Positions 47,883 through 58,100 of a DNA stretch of 64,000 bases are shown here, one piece after another (the stretch's first letter is position 1; every line of letters starts with the position of its first letter). Origin of the DNA: Macrostomum hystrix (taxonomy: Eukaryota > Animalia > Platyhelminthes). The translations under genes were made by a program, and so were the position numbers. The stretch spans positions 310,001 to 374,000 of the forward strand of contig CATNEN010000030.1 in NCBI GenBank assembly GCA_950097015.1, given 5' to 3'. The notes under the pieces are model-generated. The model searched no databases. It saw nothing but the letters and a program-made list of their open reading frames with translations, and was not told where the DNA came from.

Positions 47883-48520
47883 TTGGTTTTCAACTTCTAT
47901 TTCAAACTAAGTAACTTCAATTTCGCCCGCGGGGAGGGGGATGCTCGTGTGTACCTGATTAGTAACTTCAATTTCGCCCGCGAGACCGGCCTGCCAAGTT
48001 AGAGTAAATCAATTTCACAAAATGTAACTTCTATTTCGTCTCTTCGGCACAGCGATTTGTGTTTGCGTCCGCTCTGTGAAATACGGACTTTGTACTTGCC
48101 TTTGATCTTCGCCGATGCCGCCACCGACTCCGCCAATTGTAATACTCCAAATATACGTAATAATTCTGTCGAGTGTCGAGAGATTTATGGCTCTAAAGCA
48201 CAGAATCACAATTAAAAATCTGCTAATTGGATAGCGCCGACACTTTCACATCCAGCCGCTCTTGAAGCTCCAATCTTATTGGAGCGATAATACGAGCTCT
48301 TTTTGTTGTTTGTGTCCCACTTGGTGCCTTGCCTGAGACGTCAAATATATATATTGAAAGGACAGGCCCATCACGGCCTATATTAATGTTTGAAGCCGGA
48401 GGAAAAATGCAAGGCTAAATAGAAGTCACATTTTGTGAAGTTGGTATACTCTAACTTGGGCAGGCCGGTCTCGCGGACGAAATTGAAGTTACTTATTTTG
48501 AAATAGAAGTTGAAGACCAA
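47883..48520. mobile_element. MITE family A (~640 bp, ~75-bp TIRs, TA duplication)
   Basis: Left TTGGTTTTCAACTTCTATTTCAAACTAAGTAACTTCAATTTCGCCCGC...GAGACCGGCCTGCCAAGTTAGAGTA is the reverse complement of 48446-48520; TA at 47881-82 and 48521-22. Confidence 0.85.
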
Positions 48521-48522
48521 TA

Positions 48523-49043
48523 ATAAGACCACGAGGGTATTTCAGATACCCACATTTTTCATTTCTCTGAATCTCCCAAAATATTCAACCAATCGCCATG
48601 AAAATGCCGAACACTGGCTAAATTATTCATTCCGTTCTATCCAATCAAACAACTCTATCCAGAATCACAAAGCATAGGCATTATTCGAGATATTCAACGA
48701 TTCTTGTCGGAGTGTCTGGTGGCAAAAACCACCTATATAGGCATTAATTTTCTCTGCAAAAAATTTAGTAATAATAACAAATATTATATTATTAAACCAA
48801 TATTGATTCACAATAGAGGTTCATACAGAGAAATGTTCGTTGTTTTTGTCACAATGGTCTTCGACAAGAATCGCTAAATATCTCGACAATGCTGAGGTCA
48901 GACGGGTTTGGAAGTTAGTTCATCCTAAAGGGTGGAAAATTTTGATTCAGATGGTGGCCTTTCACGAAAATCGGTCATTCGGTTTGGGAGCTATCGTGAA
49001 GTAGAAAGTAGGTATTTGAAATACCCCGGTGGTCTTTCTACTG
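48523..49043. mobile_element. MITE family B copy
   Basis: TIRs AAGACCACGAGGGTATTTCAGATACCCAC / GTAGGTATTTGAAATACCCCGGTGGTCTTT; internal inverted pair CGAGATATTCAACGATTCTTGTCG / CGACAAGAATCGCTAAATATCTCG. Confidence 0.85.
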
Positions 49044-49163
49044 TAAGAGGAGGAAATATACTTCTACTCGTAGAAATGAAGATCTAAAAGAGGCCTAAAA
49101 CTATGAGGGTCTTTCCTGTCCGCCGATGTTTTCAGGCCCGCTAAAGTCTTTGTTACATGTCGG

Positions 49164-52100
49164 TCATTTGCCAAAGCGGTCGCCGTCATCATTGTGATCG
49201 TCATCACGATCGACTCTTCTGCTGATTGCGTGGCCAATCTGACACTCGCGTTGTCGGACGCAGACGCCGTTCAACAGGAGTCGGCGACCACGGCAGACGC
49301 AGCCAGACCGGCAGGGCTGCGGACAGGTCTGCCGCTGCTGCTGCTGCTGCTGCTGGCCACAATGTGCCTGACAGGCGCAGTCTGAATAGCGGAAGCCGCG
49401 CGGACAGACCTTGTTGGCGCCGGTGCAGGGGAACTGGGCTAGGTCCAGCACTGGTGACTCGTGGCGGGCGCACTGCTTCAGCACCGTCCGCACCACAGGG
49501 CAGAGGCACTTTGCGACATTCTCCCTGTGACACTTGCACATCTCCTCCTCGCACCAGCTGTGGGGTTAAATGGTTGGGAGACGGTAGATAGCTAGATATT
49601 GTGTTCTAGTGCAGCTAAACTACTTTTAACGGGCTTTCCAAGATCTTCAAACTCCTAGCAAAGGTCTGGAGTTCGAATTTTTATTCAAGACAAAGCTGAA
49701 ATCGTGGAGAAATTTTCCGATAATTGTTAGGGGATGCTTGCCCAGGATCTCCGCCTCTGTCAAGTTAAAATGGGTACAATTGCTGAAAGGCTGTACAAAA
49801 GTATGGCTTTATATCGGTGTGAGTGGCAGAGCGGACTATCGCAGTTTGCCTCTCGCACCAAGGTCCTTGAGGTCGATTCTGTGGCGAGGCCACATTCATT
49901 CGGGGCGCAGCCGCGGAGAGAAGGCCTGGGGCTTGTCGTGCAATTTGCGCCCTTGAGGGGCCGACCTCCAAAGCACAGTAAAAATGTACACTGCCTGACG
50001 ATGAGAAAGTCTAGGCAAATGCACACACCTGTGTGAGCTCAGGAGTCAGCGTAACCGGCAGAATTGCCTCCTGGCTGGCAGCGGGTCTTGTGTCACCAAA
50101 TGATGTGCCATTGCACGGAGCTCTCCTACAACATTTTTGTTTCATATCTGCGTCTGCATATTTATGGGTTTGCATAAATATTGGTTAGCTTTTGCATCTC
50201 AGAACTGCGTACTTGTAGTAGGGCGTCATGTTGATTCTGCGGGCGCACTCCAACCGTTTGAGGGCGCGGCAGTACTGCTTGGCCCAGCGCCGCTGCCGGC
50301 CGCTCAGGAGGCAGTTGCTTCTTGTCCGGTGGTCGGCCTTGCAGAATCCTTCGCGCCAGGCCCTGGTGAACTCCAGCTGCGAGTGAAACATCTCGCCGTT
50401 GACGCCCAACGAGTCGTCGTCCGGCCTGCCATTGTAGTTTCCGCACAGGCCGCACAGGTAGCCGCCAAGACTCTTTGGCGCCTGCACCTCCTAGGAAGTT
50501 ACTGCCGTCCCAAACTATGCGAACACCGTTCAGAAGACGCACCTGCGAGAGAAGCAGGTCAATTGTATAATTTTTTCGAAAAAGCGCAAGGCTACAATAG
50601 ACTCCGAATAGTAAGTGTTTCTAGGCTCAGGCTGAGGACATTGTACAAAAAGCAGTGAATAAAATGACTGACATTTAGCATGCGGTAGAGAGACCACTTG
50701 TGGTATTTCAAATACGTAGCGTGGCTACATTTTTCTTTTTTCTGTATCTCTAAAGTTTCTCTACGTTGTTTGTCTGTCTCTCTATACTTTATGTACTCGT
50801 ATTTCTGGTTCAAAGAATTGAACCAATCGGCATCAAAATCCAGAGCGTGTAGTGACTTCTTCAAATAAATTGGGTCTTCACAGTAAGTCTGTCTTTACAT
50901 CACTGAACGAATCGAAAGCGGACAGGGCTTTTAGGCCGAGAATCAAATATATTAACGGGGAATTCCCCCTCCCCCAGAAAACTTTTTTTGCTGCGTCTGA
51001 ACGAAACAATGCAAGCACACGAAACTCAAGAACACGGGCCAACTTTTTGTTGCGCATCTTCTGAAACAATAATCAAGTCGCCAGACCGTCGAGATATTCA
51101 ATGGTTCTGGCCGTAGGTCAGATTTTTACTGTAAGCGCTAGTGTATTTCATACACCCCAATACACAAATTAGCACAGCGCCTCAGTGCGGCCTTGCCAGG
51201 CCTTCAAAATTTATGAGCATGTCACCCGAATGTGCCTGCATCATCTCCGTGGTCACCTACCTTTATCTAGACGGCTTTGCTGGACCTTGAAGGCCTACAA
51301 CAGGTGGAAATAGGCCACTATGGACACCATGACGCGAATTTCTCCAATTTCACTGATCAAGCCAAAATACTAGGCGCAGCTCAACCACAGTACACCATCG
51401 TCTAGTCTGTCAACCAATCAGTCACCACTCAACGCCGTTAGCATTCAGGCGCTGTTAAAAAAATTTCAGAGTTCCCCCCTTAGTATGAAAACGGGCGGCA
51501 AAATGGCTAGGTAGGCCTACTTTTAACTTAGAGATAAGGAGAGGGCAGAAGGGTAACACGAGTAACGGACGGTCCAGAGGGTAAGAGCTGAAAAGAAGGG
51601 GGTCTGGAAAGAGAGACGAGGAGCTATCCAATCAGAGATGAGGGAAAGGAAAAAGAAACGAATGTTAGCTAAGACGTTGAACAAATAGAGGGAGAAAGGA
51701 GAAAGTTCAATAACATGGTGCACGAGCGTAAAGAAACACAGAGAAGTAATAACAACAAGGGCTAAAATTTTTCACTAGACTTATCTATTGAAAGAGCTTC
51801 CAGAATCACAAAACATCGGCAGCGTCTCTATCTATCTATTTGCAGGGGGGCCCGGGGCACTTGTCGCACAAGCGACGGAGCGCACGCCCCCAGACCGGCG
51901 AACTAGGCGCTTAGCGCCCATCGCGCCGCCTCCCCTGAGCAGGCACCACACACAGCAGCACAGACCAGCCGGGGAGGGCAGGAGGCACCCAGAATAGGCA
52001 GCAGTGCCCCCTACCCCAGCCCCACACGCACAGAGCAGACCAAGCCGGGGGGGAAGGCTGATAAGAAATCAGTCCTCAGGGGGGGAGCCGGGTGATGAGT

Positions 52101-55100
52101 GTACACTTATCCAATCGCGCTGACGGAAATCCAGAAAGCGCGCGCGCGGCGGTGCACACCCGCCCCCCAGCCACCCCCGGCAAGGCCTCACGCCCCAGCG
52201 CCAACGCACACAACTCACACAACGCAGAACAGGCACACAGAAAGGTAGGAGCGAAGCTATTGTTTCAAGCTTTGATTGCACGAAATATGGTGCACCTTCG
52301 CCGGTCGCTACTGTCCAAACCCTCCAACAAGTCCCGAAATTAATCGTGACTTGAAGGGAGAATCGAACTAGCGTCCATTAGGAGTGCGAGGCAGCGACGC
52401 TAGCCGCTGACCCACTCGCCCCCCTATCGGCAGCGTCGAGATATTCAACGATTCTCGTCGAATTGTCTGGTGGCAAGAAAAACACTGCATAGCTTTTCGC
52501 TCACAAAATTTCACCATGTAACCATGTCAGCTAATATTTTTTAGATTGTTTTAATAAAGTTGCTAATAATTATATCATTAAAACAATATGGATTCAAAAT
52601 AGAGGTTTATACAGAGCTATAGTACTTGTTCTTGTCGCCAGGGTCTTCGAAAGAATCACCGAATGTCTCGACAATGCTGAAATCGGACGGCTTGAAAAAT
52701 TAAGTCCTCGCCAGAGGCGGAAATCCGCGTCTAAAAAACATGCCTAAAGTCGACGAAATTGTGAATTCCCAGCAGGTTGAAGTATCAACTTGATCGAAGC
52801 TACTTTGACAGCTTAGTTTAAAATATTTTGTTTGGTTTTTAAAGTATTCAAATCAAATTACCTGAGCCTTTTAAATCATCGGCGTTTTATACACCACTCG
52901 CAGCTATTGTGTTCTTAGGTTCAAGATCAAGATGAAAATCTGAAGAAAAAAATGCTTCTTATTTCTCAATTAGTAGAAAAAACTTTCTTCCCAAATTTCT
53001 AAACCGAAATTATCCGACTATTCGACCTAATTTTTAAACTGAATCCAGACTCAACTAAAACGGAGTACAAACAGCAAAATTGTTGCGAAATGCGAAACTG
53101 ATCATAGCCTGTTGTCATGTTGAAGATAGCATGTTGAAGATTCTTAAGAGTGGTCGGGCTAACCTTCTGGCAGGAATCTGGCAAGAATTCACTTCACTTT
53201 CGTGGATTTTGGAAGCGAAAATCAATTCTGCAAAAAATGTCTCGTACTTCTGACGAGTCCTCTAAGAAGTCTATAGCGCTAGAATTAAAATGAAAATTTT
53301 TTCGCACCTGCAAGGTAACCGTTGAGCACAGTCACTGAGAGCCAGCCGCCGCTGCGAATACCGCTTAGGCTGGTCCTGTGGCCGTTCAACCGCAGCTTGA
53401 ATCCGGCCCCGACGCTCAGCCGGTTGCGCAGGATGCTGATCTGGAGCGCGCGGCCCCTCCGGCCATAGACGAAGCGAATGCGGAACTGCGAGTAGCGCTC
53501 CACGCACAGCTTAGCCAGGGTGTACCTGCAGCGCTCGCGCAGGTGAACAATGCTGGCATCGAAGGTGCGCAGCATCGGCCGGCCGAGCACTGAGCAGGAG
53601 CCGAACTTCTCCACGCACTGCGGGCAGCACTGGCCTTGCCGAGTCTCCAGCTCGAAGCCGGGGGCGCAGCCGCTTCTCTGATCTGGACAGTCCGGCTTGC
53701 GGCAGGAGATCTGGCCACCGCGGCAGACGCAGTGGGAGCAGGTATCCGGCTGCCACTCGGCCATGTGCTGCGGACCGGGTGTGGGGCGGTTGCCTTCGGG
53801 TGTCTGAGTCTATGCAACCAGCATGCAGTACAGTCCATTATTAGTAGTGAGCTGAGTGCACGACTGCTATAAAAATTTCTGCCTCTCATCATTTCTCGAC
53901 ATTAAAGTGAGATTATAATAAGTTCATCAATTTGTCTATTTATCTATTAAAAAACATAATAAGCATAATAAAATTAATAATATAGATGCAGGGCTGTGGT
54001 CAACGGCACTACATTCGGGGACACCAGACCTGCTGTCAGCGAGGAGGCAATTCTGCCCATTCCGCTGACTCCTGGGCACACACCCACACAGATACTGTAC
54101 TGCACACAATCACACATGTGTGTACATCTGCCCTGATTCTCTCATCGCCCGGCAGTGTACACTCTCACAGTGCCTTGGAGGTTGGCCCTCAATCGTGCGT
54201 AAATTGCACGACGAGCCTTCCCTCCGCGGCTGCGCCCCAAATGACCGCTAAGGCAAACGCGTTAGATCGCTCTGCCACTCACTCCATTTAAGTAGTTATC
54301 TAGATAAATAATCTATTATTTAGTATTATTCTGCAGCTTATAATCAGGCCCCAGGACCAAATGGCTAAAATTATTTGCCAGACATCTCCATCAGCGGTCT
54401 CTTGACTCACCAGCAACAGTTGGCCTTACTAATCTGCGCCTAGCTGACTGTGAACTGTACTTCATTTAGTTCAAGATAAGATTATGCAAACTAGCAATTG
54501 TAGAATAGCATGAGCTCGTTCAGAAGTTAGCCTGGACTGACTGCCTACCGATGCGCCGCATTCGCCATGTCCACCCAGTGATTAAACGCTGCTTCTGTCC
54601 ATAATACCCGCTGTGTCCGGCCTAATGAGGCATCTAGACCGTTCAGTTCATGGGGTCACAGCTAAGCTGTTCATCGCCACCGCCGCCACCCCCTAGCAAC
54701 AGCTCCCGCCGCATTCCATGGAGACCCCGGCTGCCTCCGAACTCTCTTGTTCAGCCTTGATGAAGCAACTGTCGAGACCAAGCTGAGGAAAGCAAATATA
54801 GCGGTTTGAAAAATTCCCACATTTACTTCACTGCGCTATAATAGGAAGAAGGCAGTGAGGCAAGTGTAAACTGACTTTGCTAGAGTGACTCGGCGACCGG
54901 CTAAACAAACGTTTAACACGAATCGAGTTTGGGCGAAAGATTTCACGTCCCAGTGTGGGATGGCAACTTTTTAAGTCAACGTTCATACTTGCTCGAGTGA
55001 AAACGGACTAGCTGGTCATTGTTACTAGCTTTACTTTCAAGAAGTTATTCTGCTAACCCACACCGATACGTAGATAGGCAGTTATTCAAAGGCTTGGTAT

Positions 55101-58100
55101 AAACCAATGGGGGCCTGTGTGTGATATAATAAATACGCGAGCCCTTAGCTAGCCTGCTGCTCTTCATGGCCACGATCGAAATTAACGTCGGACGAGTTAC
55201 CGCTCCGACGGAGGTCGTTACTCATACAATGCGACTTCCCTGTACCGTTCTTCATTCCATCTGCTAACTTCTTAAATGCAAGGCAGTTTCATTGCATTCA
55301 TCAAGTCTAGTGGGGTTCTAGCCTAGTGCTTGATTCCCGACTACACTACACCAGTCTAACACATTTGCCTCTCGCGCCAAGGTCCCTGAGCTCGATTCCG
55401 CAGCATTTGAGGCGCAGCCGCGTAGAGAAGGCTTGGGGGCTTGTCGAGAAATTTACGCCCTTGAGTGCAAACCTCCAAGGCATAGTGAAAATGTACACTG
55501 CCAGACGATGAGAAAGTCAGGACAGATGTTATTAGGAGTCATCGAAATAGGTCAGAATTGCCTCCTCTCTGGCTGGAGGTCTAGTGTCCCAAAATGTTGT
55601 ACTATTGACCGCAGCCGTCCAGCAAATTATTATTTTTCTAATGGGTACGAGCTCTAGCCAAGGTAGTTAAGGGTGGGCATGGCAGTCCTACCAGTCCATT
55701 GGACTGTACAGCCGTACGAAGCCTTCAGTTGCATCGCGCAATAGCTGCAGGCTGTGCTGTCGGCTACACATAATGGGGCAGATGTGATCAATATCATTGT
55801 TATTAATTATTACTGTCAAGTCAAACAGTCGTATAAGGTGCCTATTCAGCAATGCCAGGTTAAGTATACCACTTTCGATGGCTAAACCTATCCGCACGAG
55901 GGCGCCAAGATTTCACTTTGAGACAATCAGTGTCCGTGTCTAGATCAACCAGCGCGGGCTATCTTATCAGTAGGACTACCAAGTCTGTTGCCAAATTTCA
56001 AGGTTTGATCAGCGAAAGTAGAGAAATTCTCATCAGGGTGCCAATAGTCGGCTGGTGCCACCTGTTGAAAGTCCAGCAGCTCCGTCTGGATAAAGGGCGG
56101 TGACCACCGAAGTCGGAGATGATGCAGGCACATTCGGGTGACATGCTCATAAAGTAAGGCCTGGCAAGGCCGCACTGAGGCGCAATGCTAATTTGTATAA
56201 GTGGTGCTTAGTGTGTATAGGGGTTTATAAAATACACTAGCGCTTATGGGAAAAATCTGACCTTCGGTCAGAACCGTTGAATATCACGACGGTCTGAAGG
56301 GCTGGCGACTTGGTTCTTGTTTCAGAAGATGTCCAACAAAAAGTTGGCTGGTGTTCTTGAGTTTCGTGTGCTTTCGTTGCTCCTTAATGCAAAAAAAATT
56401 GTCAAGAAGGGAAATTCCCCCTTGGTTGTTCTACTTTTAAAAAATGCGGTGGACGACTGTTAAGTGGGGATTCGCAGCGCTTGAATAAGACAATAATAGT
56501 CTTTCCATCTGTCAGTGGATTGTTTTGTGACAGCGCAATCAACGAACGCACACTATACAGATACACATTGTGAACCACAGCGGTGCGCGCGCAGATAATT
56601 CCTAGAGAATACTGGCCAGTCGCCTTCCCTTCTTCGAGCGCTTCATCTCTTCAGCATCCCGACCGGTCCCATCAGACTAGCTGCGGAGTGGTCGTACAGA
56701 GACAGAGGGCACAAGGGCTTTGTTCTTACCTTGTAGCGCCGTCCGCTGGGGTCGACGCAGTCGCGGCTGTCGCGACAGACTGGACAGCATTCGCTCTTGG
56801 CCAGGAAATAATCCTTCTCCGAGCATTCCAGCACCGCGCAGTTCTGCCGGCGGCACAAGATGGTGCCGTGCTGCGGACAGGGAGGGACAGACAATCGGCT
56901 GGATTGGCGAGTGCCGCGTCAGGTTGGGAAAACTATCCGACCTAAATGGATTCTTGAGTGGGACCTCTCTTAAAAACGGGAGGCCTATATTATTAGCTAG
57001 AATGCCCATGCAGCAACCACCGGCCACCGTTAATGGCCCCTGATAGTTTGGCATCATCAACAACGGAGGGAGTGGCTTCGCAGGGGGATACGGAAAGGAT
57101 GGTTGAATTCCTGAAGATTGCGGAATCCCTTAAGTGGCTCCGCCCGCTCTGTTTGTCTGTCTGTCTGTCTCTCTTGTTGGCAGTTGTCTCATTCATTCGT
57201 GGTGCTTAGTTGGGGCGCGTATACATTTGCGAATCATTTGCCACACACTTTGCAATGTTTGTACTGCAAGATCGCTCCCGATCCTAAACATTCTTTCCCC
57301 GCTTCTGTTGCCGCGCGATCGTTAGATTTAGATTTTTCGTGAAAGTGAAATAAATATGAATCAATATACTCGTGGATTTTGTGTTTTCCCTTGAAAGAAT
57401 GAAATGTTAATGTTTTAATTTTCTTCCACTTAAGTTAATCGCATAAGTTTTCTTAACATTTGCTTCGCACATGCTTACCGTTTGAAATTGAGCTACTTTA
57501 TCATTTTCCAATCAAACTTCCTGCAGTGCAGAGCTCAAATGTCATCTGTACAATTTTCAACATAAGCAGACCTTTGGCAAAACGAATGGACGTTTAAGAG
57601 TGACTGCTTAGAAGAGTTTTGTAGCCAAACAGACAACGCGCCGCACCTGTCTATTGGTTTAAATAATGTTTCAATTTTTTGCTGAAGGCATCGCTAAGCT
57701 TATCTACAAGCTCCTACCTGAGCGGTAATAAACTTGTTCGACGAAATAAAAAGTGAATTACTTCTCACTTCGTCGGCACGACTAGCTTATGTTTGAACAG
57801 AACAGGACGGGGCAAGCATAGCAATTACTATTCAGGCAAATGTTTTATGACTGGAGTGAGTTTGAATAAGCCGAAAACTTGTAAAAAGAGACAAGCAAGA
57901 AATGGACCCAGAGACAAGACATTCATTCACCTGCCATCAACTAAAATCTTCGACGCGATAGACCTCATTTAGTTAAAACTCTGATGAGACCCACAAGCCA
58001 AACACTTCATCTGTCAAGAGGGTCATTTTGAAGAAGATGTCGCCAGGTCAGGCGCCGGGGTCAGCGAGGTCTCCCTCCGTACTCACCCGGCATGAGCAGT

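Noticed and set aside
54440-54810. Possible degraded LINE reverse-transcriptase fragment
   Set aside because: No recognisable RT motif (e.g. YADD, QG) in any frame I read.
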